Positions 1 through 11,941 of a stretch of DNA of 64,000 bases are shown in pieces. Both the position numbers and the translations under genes were made by a program. The stretch spans positions 7,688,001 through 7,752,000 of the forward strand of contig OZ024750.1 of assembly GCA_964016885.1 (NCBI GenBank), read 5' to 3'. Origin of the DNA: Eledone cirrhosa. Lineage: Eukaryota. The notes under the pieces were generated by a model. The model saw only the letters and a list, made by a program, of their open reading frames with translations. It did no database searches and was not told the DNA's origin. The first letter of the stretch is position 1, and each line of letters opens with the position of its first letter.

Positions 1-339
1 GCACAGGGACTGTCGCTGCAAGTAGTTGGCCTAAATCTGACACAGCAGGTATTTACCCACGGTCAACTTTACGTCGGGTGCTCACGCGTCAGCAGTCCAC
101 AAAATCTCTACATTTGTGGTAATCCGGGTAATACCAGGAATGTTGTCTACAAAGAAGCACTGCAACAACACCTTTGAAGCTTCCGCCATTCCTCTTCCGT
201 CGCCACTCAACGTCTCTCAACGCTTTTCACGTCGCTCCACTTCTCATTGTACGCCGTCCAACCTCAAGTGCATATTTCTTTTTTTTTTCCTGATACCGCT
301 TCTTTATAATAAACTTTCAATAATATTTTTCAAATTATT

Positions 340-384
340 AACTTAATAAAAAGTGGCCTCGGGTGCAACCGGGCTCAGCTGCTA

Positions 385-385
<1 letters not shown>
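340..385 (+). mobile_element. Probable Helitron 3' terminus (element extends left beyond the window)
   Basis: GC-rich hairpin CTCGG-GTGCAA-CCGGG (358-373), then CTAG (382-385) followed by T and (TA)n. This is the canonical Helitron 3' end layout. Confidence 0.55.
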
Positions 386-431
<46 letters not shown>

Positions 432-498
432 AGCGAGTTGACAACTATAATATTCATTAATATACTGACGTCACCGTAGACACTGAGAAGTGATGTAA

Positions 499-873
499 TA
501 TTGGTTTCTTATATAAGCACAAGGCCATCAATTGTGGGGGTGGGGAAAGTCGATTAAATCAGCCTCAGTGCGTGACTGGCACTTTATTTTATCGAACCCG
601 TAAGCATGAAAGGCAAAGTTAACCTCGGCAAGATTCGAACTCAGATCATAAAGGGCCGTAACTCAATGCTGCAAAGCATGGCTTCCGACCCTCTACCGAT
701 ACTGCTAATCTAGCAACAATAATAATTGTTTCTACTTTAGGCACAAGGCCAGCAATTACCCAGTACATTACTGGTACTTTATTTTATCGACCCCGTAAGG
801 ATGAAAGGCAAAGTTAACCTCGGCGGGATTTGAACTCAGACTGTAAAGGGACGTAACTATGCTAGAAAGCATG
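499..873 (-). mobile_element. Two tandem copies of tRNA-derived SINE (long and short subtypes)
   Basis: Reverse complement shows A-box-like GCAGTATCGG, B box GAGTTCRAATC, shared body GAGGTTAACTTTGCCTTTCAT and an (ATT)n tail. Homologous to many other copies in the window. Confidence 0.9.
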
Positions 874-947
874 ATAGAAATGATGTAATATTAATATGAA
901 TTTTAATAGAAGTCGTTCTCAATCGGAAACCCATAATGTTTCAATAC

Positions 948-1146
<199 letters not shown>

Positions 1147-1714
1147 GTGAACTTGTGTAAGTGCAAGAACACCTGTAAATACAAATGCATGGTCACTTTA
1201 TATTAGATTGTGAACATCTATATGGTTCTCTAGTCTTTAACACACAAGTGTATAATAACATATTGCAAGGTCAACGTGATCTTTGAACACAACCTTTGCT
1301 GATTAACTAATTTATTCCTCAACCATTTATCTATCCATCCACCCATCCATCCATTTTTCTGTTCAACCTCACCTCCATTCACCCATCCGTAGGTACATAC
1401 ATGAGGGTGAATGAAATACAGTGTGAAAGATAGAATAAGTACTCTAGCATATTTAGCTGAATTGGTCAAATATTCAGTGTAGATACAACACATTATATTA
1501 AACAGATTGATCAACGCATATTTACGTATCGTTCGTCGGAATCCCATCGCCGTGATAAACCAACAACTAATTCATAAATGAATAACTATTTCGTTTACCC
1601 AATTATATTTTCTCAGTTGGTTTACATTAACCCAGCCATGGTTGTTTGTCGTTTCCTTTTCTACTAAACAATCAAACTTAGTTTGAGACGCATTCCAAGT
1701 AACTTTTAAAATAT

Positions 1715-1720
1715 TTTATT
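1715..1720 (-). terminator. Candidate polyadenylation signal (AATAAA) of the coiled-coil gene
   Basis: TTTATT on the + strand, about 240 nt past the stop codon at 1961. Confidence 0.45.
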
Positions 1721-1960
1721 TTGATCTTTTCAACGACATCTCTTTTAGATCATAACTCTGCCGTGAGACGTCTATGACATCAATATGAACGTAACTTTTA
1801 ATATGTTTTGATATTAACCCGTCTCTCTTAGCGCAAAACTCTCTATTGACAGCATAAATTACACTGGAGCAAAATTGCAGTATAAAAGTTTTGTTATCAT
1901 TTGATTTTGCTTTGTTTAAGAACCAAAAACCATTCAGAACATTTATCTTCATGGACGAAA

Positions 1961-3484
1961 TTATGAATACTTTTCATGTACACTGGTGGTAGTGGTCACA
2001 ACTTCTGATTTTGGCTGTCCAGTAGTAGGCAGATATTGATCAATATTTGACGATATTGTGCCAATTTTATTTTGCATTTCATGGATACAGGTTAGAAGTG
2101 ATTTGTAGTCATTTTCTAACCATTTATATGCACCAAGCATTATGTCTTTAACTTCCCTCTCTTTTCCTAATTCAGCAATAAGACCTTCCGTTTCTTGTCG
2201 CAGCTGACTTAATTGTGTATGATATTGATCTTCATCTAATTTAATTTGTTGCCTAAATGAAGAAACTATTCCTTTCGTTTCCTTTATGAAATCTGACTTA
2301 CAGCATGATTCAGCGTGGATCCTTTGTTCTAATTCAGCTTTTGATATTTTCAGTTCCGAAATAGTTAGATCCTTTGTTCTTATAATTTCATCTTTTATTT
2401 TGTAATCATCACTTATCTGTTCTAAAGACTCGACCAAACCCTTTTGCCTTTCTAATAATATTTTGTTTTCATCTTTTAATTTTTTTATACATCTTTCTTT
2501 CTTTTTAACTTTTGCGTCCAGTGCTGATTTATCTGCTTTCAGAATATTCAATTGTGAAATGCAATCTGAATACATTTCCGTCATTTTATCGACATTTTCT
2601 TTTATTTTCATCATTTCTTCAAACGTTTTCTTTTTCCAACCATTAAGTGTATTTAAATTCAATTGTAACTCGTTGACTTTTCCAGTAATTATGTCTTTTT
2701 CTGATACCATTTCACATATAATATCTTGCTGTTCATACATAGTTCGGCGATATCTTGCAATGTGGTTTTGTAATAGGTTTACCTCCTCTTTAGATGGTAT
2801 AAGACCGTTATTAATTTCCGCAAAGCCATCTTTGTTTAAAGACCCTATATCATTATTGATAACAATCATCTGTAACTTTTTGCATCGTTCTTTCAGAGTA
2901 TGTCTTTCTTCTTGTAAATTTCTTTGTAACAATTTCATGCATACTAGTTTTTTATCGAGTTGATGTCTCTCATCTCTCATTCTGTTTATGATATCTAATA
3001 ATTTTACTTCATTGCTACTTGCACCTTGTTGCTCAACCTCACAATAAGGACATTCCATTACATTATTCAAACTTAAATATGACGTTTGTTTATTTCCTTT
3101 TTTATCAGCAAGTTTGTTTGAAAATTCTATTTTGCCGATGTCATTTTCATCATACTTATTCTTTCCTCCATTTGAGGAATGTCCTCTGGTTACTGAGCTC
3201 ATGTCATAATGTACACATGGCCTGTCTAATGCAATACAATAGTTATCATTATTTTTAAATGATCCGAAATTATTCTTTTGTTCTATATATAATCTATTAT
3301 GTGATTCTGGAGGCTTTTTCAGATTTGCTGATTTATATACTTTAGAGCTGGCACTTTTGTTAGATTCAAAAGACTGAAGGGAAACAGAAGTTCGAACTGT
3401 TTCCTGACTGATAGTTCTATATACACTTGTTGATGTTGATTTGCTAACCTTGTCGGAACCAGAATCAGCCTCACTTGAAGCCAT
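1961..3484 (-). CDS. Intronless 507-aa protein: Ser/Lys/Asn-rich N-terminus, CPYC motif, long coiled-coil C-terminal two-thirds; family not recognised
   Basis: 1.5 kb non-repetitive ORF in very AT-rich DNA. Heptad L/I/M pattern with E/K/Q richness from about aa 160. In-frame TGA two codons before the ATG, upstream CRE, downstream AATAAA. Confidence 0.85.
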   Translation of the reverse strand: MASSEADSGSDKVSKSTSTSVYRTISQETVRTSVSLQSFESNKSASSKVYKSANLKKPPESHNRLYIEQKNNFGSFKNNDNYCIALDRPCVHYDMSSVTRGHSSNGGKNKYDENDIGKIEFSNKLADKKGNKQTSYLSLNNVMECPYCEVEQQGASSNEVKLLDIINRMRDERHQLDKKLVCMKLLQRNLQEERHTLKERCKKLQMIVINNDIGSLNKDGFAEINNGLIPSKEEVNLLQNHIARYRRTMYEQQDIICEMVSEKDIITGKVNELQLNLNTLNGWKKKTFEEMMKIKENVDKMTEMYSDCISQLNILKADKSALDAKVKKKERCIKKLKDENKILLERQKGLVESLEQISDDYKIKDEIIRTKDLTISELKISKAELEQRIHAESCCKSDFIKETKGIVSSFRQQIKLDEDQYHTQLSQLRQETEGLIAELGKEREVKDIMLGAYKWLENDYKSLLTCIHEMQNKIGTISSNIDQYLPTTGQPKSEVVTTTTSVHEKYS

Positions 3485-3632
3485 TGGTCAAATGTGCCAG
3501 GAGTATTATGCTACGACATCATTTACATATGATTTATACGGCAATGATGTTTGTAATAAAACCCTCGGTTCGAAAGAGAATGCCATTTCACATTCTGAAA
3601 TTAAATGATGATATCGCGCGAAGAACTGATTA

Positions 3633-3640
3633 TGACGTCA
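3633..3640. promoter_or_regulatory. Perfect CRE (TGACGTCA) upstream of the coiled-coil gene
   Basis: Palindromic CREB/ATF site about 150 bp 5' of the ATG, next to a small CpG cluster (TCGCGCG). Confidence 0.5.
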
Positions 3641-6600
3641 CCAGTATAGTAGTCAAAGTTTGTGGAATCTATAACACTAAGTATTCGACAAACAAGAATA
3701 AATATTCAACAAGATTTTCATACATTATAGGTTTTATTGCACATTTAATTTTGAAGTAAAGTAAGAAACCACATTTAAAATATACTCTTTTAGTTTTTTT
3801 CTTCTGTTAGTTTCTGTCATTGGACTGCGGCCAAGCTTGATTTGATCTATCATATTCATAATCTGTGATATTTTTGTTAAATCTGGTACTTATTTTATCG
3901 ATCTCTGATTTGCCAAACCTCTAAGTTACGGTCATAAAACAGACACAGATACAAACACACACGCACACACGATACAAATATTATTTTTTAGGGAAGACAT
4001 TTGTATCTTTTGTTTTCTTCTTTCAAATCACGCTGTAACTTAATTTGGTAGACGGAAACTGCAGGCGTCCGCTTATTTATATATTTATAACTTCCTCTCA
4101 AGTCATTGTTCCAGGTTTGCGATCGTGCCTTTGGCAGTGGAGACTTATGGAGTCATAGGGCTACCTCCCTATTCACCACCATAGGCGCTGAGCTGGCCAG
4201 CCGCAAGTGTGAGCCTCGCGAGTTGGAATGGATTTTCTAGCGCATCTCCCTTACCATCCTCCGGGGAAACGCCTTCTCCATCCTGTGTCCCTATGGCTGC
4301 TTAAGGACTTACAGGATCATGCATGAATATATCTACCACAGCCTTATTTTTGCATTCTGATTTATATAAAGAAATCTTCTCTCGGTGTGACAGTATTTAT
4401 TAAACATGTTTATTAATTCTGAAAGTATTTCGCTCAGATATACACATCATTCATCTGCAGTAAATCTAAACGTATTTTGTATATATCCCACCCAGGGATG
4501 ATTTTTTTTTATTAGCCGCGATTCAGTAGATTTATTGTAAATTAAGGCCCCAATAAATTTCTGTAATAAGATTCATTCTGAAAGATGAATTAATTTATAT
4601 ATTTTTTTTTGTCTTCATTTATAGTTGAATTGAGAGGTTTCACTAAAGGCTTCATAACCACAACAACAAAGCCAATACCAGCTGCTGTAGCTTTGGCATA
4701 AAATGGAAGAGAAAAAAGGAAAAATGTATTACATTCGCTGTAATGTTCAGGTATTTAAACTAGTTTCTTATATTTCTATCACATGATCAACACGATACTG
4801 TAACTGAAATAATTAATCATATGAAGGTTACTGCTTTCACAAGTATTAATTCGTGTGTCGTGTTACTTATCACGTATAATTTGGTTCTGATTTATCATTA
4901 ATCTAATTTATAGAATTTCGAATTCTATAATAGGAAATAGGAAATATATTGGGGTAAATTTTACGGTTTTCTCTTGAACATTAACGAACCAGATGTCATA
5001 AAACGGGACCAACCGTGAGTTAAGTAATGGAGGAAATAGATGTAAGATTAAACCTAACGGGAATTGAAGGCAAGCTACTGAAATACTGAACAAACTAATG
5101 TATAACATAATATCAATATCCAGCTCACTGAAATAATCTCTATTTTGTGACAAATGAATTGTAGCAGCGCCAAACTCTTTGATCAAATGAGACCAATCTC
5201 CCCCTATTTAATGGCATCCCTCGTCTGTTAGCTTTCTGATAACACACATTCCACTCTGGTCTTCTGTTTCCTTGTAAATCAGATCTAACGTTACAGAATA
5301 ATATAGAATTAACACTCTTGATGAAGCTATATTTCTTACTGTTTGTATTTCATCCACGTCTCCACTCTGCATATACGTACATAATATAAAAACTCGGCCC
5401 AAGCTAAACCTCCCCACCACACATATCTTACCACCGCGTGTATAAATTTACCAGTTGCAACTATTTTACCACTACTGCTACAAACACTACAATGGTTTCT
5501 GCTCAACTAAACAAACTAACCCTACACTAATTCCACCCAACTGTACCAAATATATTTGTATTTCCTCCTCCTAGCAACGTTTTTTAAAAGAGCTGTAGCT
5601 CCACCCACCATTCCTACTGATCACATATTAAACACATTTTACAAAGCTGTAAACACTTGAATATATTCTCCACCTACTTCTTCTCCCCCGAAGAAAGTCA
5701 AATTCAATATCAGCTGCATCGATCTTATTACGATATAAAGGTCACGAGCGTTTCTTCACCTCCTCCTAATGACTAACTAGAAATATGCGATAGTACATTT
5801 AAAAATAATTTTCTGTTACGACATATATATACAATTTGAGCTCTCTTTTGTTATTCACTCGTCTGAAGATTAGCGAAGGCTTCAAACCTACGCATATTTA
5901 TTCTAAAGGAAAAACACTTAAGCAGAGATCTAAACAATTGAATCAAATGATATGCAATCAACACATGAAACAAACACGTGAAAAGTGCGACCCCTGTACT
6001 GGGAACGAGTGAATTGAAATTACTCATACTATCAAACAAATTAACTAACTTCAGCATCACTTCAAATAACTGTAGTTGAAAACAATTCTAACAGTAACAA
6101 CAATATATTAACCCCCGCAGGGAATAAGAATCACGAGAAGCTAAAACAATTCAGTACGCATGTGAATGCTTCAGGTAATTTAGAGGTCGGATAAGAGAGA
6201 GAGAATTTATAGCAAATCCTGTTCTATGTGAAGTGTTGAACGTTTGTTAAAAACGAGAAAATACAGGAAGGAAGGAAAAGTATTTCATAGAGATATAATC
6301 GGAAGAGTTAAATAGAATCTATTTTATATTTTAAATCAGAACACTTGAAACACGTAGAGATAGTGAGAAAAGGAACGTGACTGCATTGAGTCGGATAAGG
6401 TTTGAATTTGCATGGAATCAGCTTGTTAAGAGAACTAGGTAGTTAAGCTAACAAACATTAAACACAGTGTGAATAGTTAGGTGATTTCTTATGCAGCAAT
6501 CTTTGCTGCTGGTTTTACAGTTGCTAATGAAAAAAAAAAAAAATACCCTCTTTTGTTTTACTTGTACTCTTAAGAAATTGCTCATTTTACCAGCTATTTC

Positions 6601-7752
6601 ATCCACCAACGAGGAGATAACATACAATTGTAATTAACGCGTTCGGCCTATGGTCTTTACTGTTAATTAAACAAGAAAAATTCCTGTTCATATCTTTAAA
6701 AAATGTCTCTTGTATGAAAGCGTAGAAAACTATAAAAAGTATTTTAAATGTAAATCCAACGAAAGAGCCACAAGTAGGAATAACCAATGACATGCTGTGT
6801 ACTATAACGCAGCTGCTGCTGCCACTACTACTACTACTGCTGGTTGTGAGGATAGTGGTGGAGATAATAATGGTTTATTATTTAGGTACAAAGCCAACAA
6901 TATTAGTGGAGGCGAAAATATATTAAATTGACCCCAACGCAAAGGGATGTAACTCTATGCTGCTAAGCATGGAGTCCGACGCTCTACCGATACCGCCAAT
7001 CCATCGACCTAGTAGTGGAGATGATAATGGTTTCTGATTTAGGCACAAAGCCAAGAATTTGGGGAGAGGGGGAAGTCTATTAAATCGAGCCCAGTGCATT
7101 ACTGGTACTTGCACAAACACTATACCTGGCTATGAGCTGTGTATTCTATTTATTATGATATTAGCCTGTATGTATGTAGCACACCAAATCAGCCTGTCAA
7201 CGGGCATCTATAGATATCCCCCCCCCCCACCAATAACCACTCAATTAACCTGAATTTCATTTAGCTGCTCCTTTGAAAGCGATACCATATATCGATAGAC
7301 AGAAGTATGTTACATTTTACCTTAATCCTTTTTCAATAAAATCAACCGTCAAGGAGGTAGAAGTTTTCGTCATATACTTGTCTTACAATATTTTTTCTTC
7401 ACTTTAGTGTGTCTGTACTTGATAAAGTTTTCTTTCTGTTCGTTATTTTCTTTTAGAATCAAATTCTTGTTTACAAACATATCGAAAAAAGCCTTCAGAA
7501 TTCTTGGTGACGTGTATGCCAAGAGGAAGCCATATTGTGGCTCAAATGAATGCTTGTTTACAAAACTAAATATCTAAAAATGCCCAAAGACAAAACTTAG
7601 TTTTTTTCCACAACAAAGTAAAAGTGATAGACTCAGATGTTTCAGAGCATAGTTATATAAAAATAAAAAAAACATTTCTTTATGTAACTACAAAAACAGT
7701 AATCAAAATTGTAAACCACTGAACGGCTTTTGAACTTTCATTATTGAACAAC

Positions 7753-7931
7753 TGGCAGTATCGGTAGAGGATTGGACGCCATGCTTTCTAGCATAGTTAC
7801 GTCCCTTTACGGTCTGAATTCAAATCCCGTCGAGGTTAACTTTGCCTTTCATCCTTACGGGGTGATAAAATAAAGTACCAGTAATGTACTGGGTAATTGC
7901 TGGCCTTGTGTCAAAAGTAGAAACAATTATT
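7753..7931 (+). mobile_element. tRNA-derived SINE
   Basis: A box TGGCAGTATCGG, B-box variant, shared body and ATT tail. Confidence 0.9.
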
Positions 7932-8015
7932 GAACACCAACAACGATGATGGTTTGTAATTTAGGCTCAAAAACAGATTTGAAAGTAGATTAAATCGACC
8001 TCAGTCTCACATACA

Positions 8016-8385
8016 TGTAAGTCTCGTCTGTGCCCCAACGCAAGTCTTATCTGTGCCCCAACGCAAGTCTTATCTGTGCCCCAATGCAGGTCTCGTCTGT
8101 GGCCCAATGCAAGTCTCGTCTGTGGCCCAGTGCAAGTCTCGTCTGTGGCCCAGTGCAAGTCTCGTCTGTGGCCCAGTGCAAGTCTCGTCTGTGGCCCAGT
8201 GTAAGTCTCGTCTGTGGCCCAGTGTATGTCTCGTCTGTGGCCCAGTGTATGTCTCGTCTGTGGCCCAGTGTATGTCTCGGCTGTGTCCCAATGTATGTCT
8301 CGGCTGTGGCCCAGTGTATGTCTCGGCTGTGTCCCAATGTAAGTCTTGTCTGTGCCCCAATGTAATTCACGTCTGTGGCCCAATG
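8016..8385. repeat. 23-bp minisatellite (GCAAGTCTCGTCTGTGGCCCAGT), about 16 copies
   Basis: Directly visible; explains the overlapping periodic ORFs. Confidence 0.95.
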
Positions 8386-9601
8386 CCATCGTTGTCCAAC
8401 ATAGACAAAGACTAATAGAACTTCTCACCAGTATCGTCACAACTAATTTTCTCCAGTTAAGTGAACTGATGTAACGCGAAATACAGCATCATGCTTCGAA
8501 AGCAGAAAGGTCCGGTAACCGAACTCCTGCCCTTACGATCATGGACCAAACTCCCTAACACATAAATGACACGTCGATTACATTGATTTCAATATTTCAC
8601 TGGTATTTTGTTTTATCGACTCCGGAAGTTGACATCGGCGATAATTTCCTTCATCTTGTTCTTTTATTTCCTTTTGTTTTCTTCTCGTTCGTGTTGTTGT
8701 TCTTGTGTTCTTCTCGTTCGTGTTGTTGTTCTTTTAGTAGTAGATATTTTAATTGAGACTTTGTAACGTTGACACATGTCCTTATGTGACGAGAAGAATT
8801 TGTTAGAATTGACTCTGCGATCAAGATTCAGCTGACTGAGGCTTTACTATAAATGTCGTAATTATTTTGTTTAAGAAGAAAATATTTTTGGAAGGAATAT
8901 TTCTTGTTTCTTTCTCACACGATTAAACAATACTGATTTCTTCTTATTATTTCTAGTCTTGCTTTTTTATAAACAGAAAGAAAGCCTAGAAGGCATTAAG
9001 TTATGCTATTGTAATGAATTTAACTTAGGAAAACCAAAAGAAACTAAACAACATGTAAATCCATTGAAATCTTTCGCGACGTTGAAAACAAAATTATTAT
9101 TAAAAGGTTTGATGTTGTTTAGCCCCAAGTGAGTCCCGAATTATCAGGCTTATAACCAAAGGCATTCCAATTCAGATCATCCTTTTCTTTTTTAGATACA
9201 GTGTGTCGAAAACTATATTATCTAATATGTCCATCCTTTTCTATGGCGGTAGGACGTGATTTGAAGGAGATTTGGCTGCTATCTCTACTTGGTAAAACAA
9301 CTTCCCACATAATTTGTCTTTGGCTAATATGTTATCATTAATAGAGGAACTAAGAGAAATGGGTTTAATAACAGGAAAATAGGTGAAATATGATTACTTA
9401 TAGACGAAAATGTGCTGAATAAGCAGAATCGGAAAAATATGTTGTGGAAGTTATCCCATCTATTTACGATATGAGTTCAAATCCCACGGAAATCCAAATT
9501 GTCTTTCCTTCTTCGGGGATCTGTATAATATAGCGCCAATGAAATAATGCTTGACTAACGTTTCACAGCAAATGTCTGCCTATGAATGAAATTATTAATT
9601 G

Positions 9602-9781
9602 GGTTTTGAAGAACTAATTAGTTCTTTGTTAACTTCGGTGAGGAGATTCTTTAAAGATTCCTGGTTAACTTTCCTGGAGAACTTTCTCGTATTCGTCGGT
9701 GGCGATTGTCAAAGTTAACCAGGAATCTTTAAAAAATCTCCCCACAAAAGTTAACAAAGAACTTACTAGATCTACAAAACC
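9602..9781. repeat. Imperfect fold-back (~70-bp arms) with degenerate hammerhead-like core
   Basis: 9602-9672 is the reverse complement of 9711-9781 with several mismatches. Loop plus right arm reads CTGGAGA...CAAA-GTTAAC-CA-GGAA. Confidence 0.8.
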
Positions 9782-9889
9782 AAATTGTAAAGTTATAATA
9801 TAAAATTGAAGTGTTTAGAACTAAAATTGAAGTCATTCTGTTCTTTTTTTCAAATATACCTACCTGTACCAAGGATTTCACAATTTTTG

Positions 9890-9922
<33 letters not shown>

Positions 9923-10048
9923 TTTATCCCGGGTTCAATCGGGAGTAACCACAGTAAGTAAGGTACTCAATACAAAGTAGAGTATAAATATTTAATATTG
10001 ATGATTTCTCCCGAATGAAACTGTTCTAGTCCTGTAGAAGCCTTTCTA
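9923..10048 (+). mobile_element. Hammerhead-bearing element, family B (inverted tail + core)
   Basis: TGATGA-TTTC..GAAT-GAAACTGTTCTAGTC, preceded by the reverse complement of the family tail. Homologous to 15425-15560 and 52981-53160; flanked by (TA)n. Confidence 0.7.
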
Positions 10049-11530
10049 AATTATATATATATATATCTGTGTGTGTGTATGTCTGTGTGTGTGTGAATAA
10101 AAATTGATATCGGAAATTACACATCAGTGTCTTCTGCCTGGAGAACAAATAGTTCTGTCTATGTTCATTTATTTAATGTTTTCAATTGATTTAATGAATC
10201 GTTTGACTAACATCGTTAGCTGACCCTGGGGTGATTTTACAGGAGTTCACTCTTCTGTTGTAAACATCCTGATCAGTTCTCCGTTTTAGAGATAACCTCT
10301 CTAACCATTTAAGGAGACTCTGGAAAGGTCAGGGCACTCTTCTTCCTCTCTACCCCGCAAAAAACGAAACTTATATTTAATAAACATTTCCTCTGTAATA
10401 GAAACAAACAGCTTAATAACACTAGGGAATACGGAAAATAATTTTGGTTTCCCAAGAACGAAAATAATCGATTATTATAGGATGTTATTGCTAAATTTAA
10501 ATAAATTTATAGTATCTATTAGATAAGAATTTATTATGACAAACAATTTAATTATTAACAATCAATATATTTGCAAATTTTTAAAGCTACAGTCGGAAAA
10601 ACGTAGCTCTACTTTAGAAAGTAACTTGCATTGATTTTCTACTGTTTTTTTTTATCTCAGATATGTTTCCTTTAGGAATCCAACAAGAACAGTGAGCAAG
10701 AAAATTAAGAATGTAATTGCCTTGGTACGTTTTTCCATAGTTGGAACATCATGTCGAAAAAGCTCACTATATATTTTATAGCAATTGCTACAGACCAGTG
10801 GTGAAGTTCACCGCTTTTAAAACCCACAGCGAGTCTATAAAGCTGTTTATTAACGTATAAGATTCAGCATGAAAGGGAAGTACCCAATGTTGACTGGTCT
10901 ATGTTTGATAGCGATGGGATTACTATATACACACACATTGTCATGTGTATATATCTATATGCATGGTATGTGTTTCATTGCTTTTCTAGCAATTGCTAAT
11001 ATAGGGTGGAACAATTGATATACATGCAACATTGCTACAATAGAATGTCCTTGTAAGTATGTATGTTAGTTTTTTTCTATGTGTATATTCGTACGTGTGT
11101 ATGTATGCAACATGTATGTATGTATCTATTTTAATTTATTGTTTCTAAAATAATTGCTTCTAAGCAGGCAATTAGTTTAGAGTTTAAAGATTGAGAACAG
11201 CAAATATGGGGCCTAGTTTTAATGATTGCGCTAATTTGCTGTCATTTATAATATATAGCCTTCTGACAATGTCTGTTTTTCTTAATCCTTATGGTAAATC
11301 TAATTAATCTATCTACATATAATTACAGATAGGAAATTGACAGGGATAAATCGGCAGAAGTGCGAATGCAGAGTGGGGAATAGAATATATTTCTCGATCC
11401 TCAATATTACTGAATTGCCTTGTTGTTTAGAGACCTGCCAGCTCTTATCTGTATACCTATGATCAAGTGTATATCACATACGAGGATTCTGCCTGAAGTA
11501 TTCTTTTTCTACGACTTTATGATTGAAATA

Positions 11531-11941
11531 GGATTGGCAGTATCGGTAGAGGGTCGGACGCCATGCTTTGAAGCATAGAGTTACCTCCCTGTATGATCTG
11601 AATTCGAATCCCGCCGAGGTTAACTTTGCCTTTCATCCTTACGGAGTCGATAAAATAAAGTACCAGTAATGCACTGGGATAATTGCTGGCCTTGTGCCAA
11701 AAGTAGAAACAATTATGATTGAAATAAAGGTACTACAATATTCAATTATTGGGCGGTGGATTGGCAGTATCGGTAGAGCGTCGGACGCCATGCTGTGAAG
11801 CATAGGTACGACCTTTGCCATTCTGAGTTCAAATTTCGCTGAGGTTAACTTTGCCTTTCATCCTTACGGGGTCAATAAAATAAAGTACCAGTAATGTACT
11901 GGGTAATTGCTGGCCTTGTACCAAAAGTAAAACCAATTATT
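11531..11941 (+). mobile_element. Two tandem tRNA-derived SINEs
   Basis: Two full A-box/B-box/body/tail units head to tail. Confidence 0.92.

Noticed and set aside
2463-2963. 166-aa plus-strand ORF
   Set aside because: Antisense shadow of the coiled-coil CDS
7967-8440. Five overlapping periodic ORFs
   Set aside because: Products of a 23-bp tandem repeat
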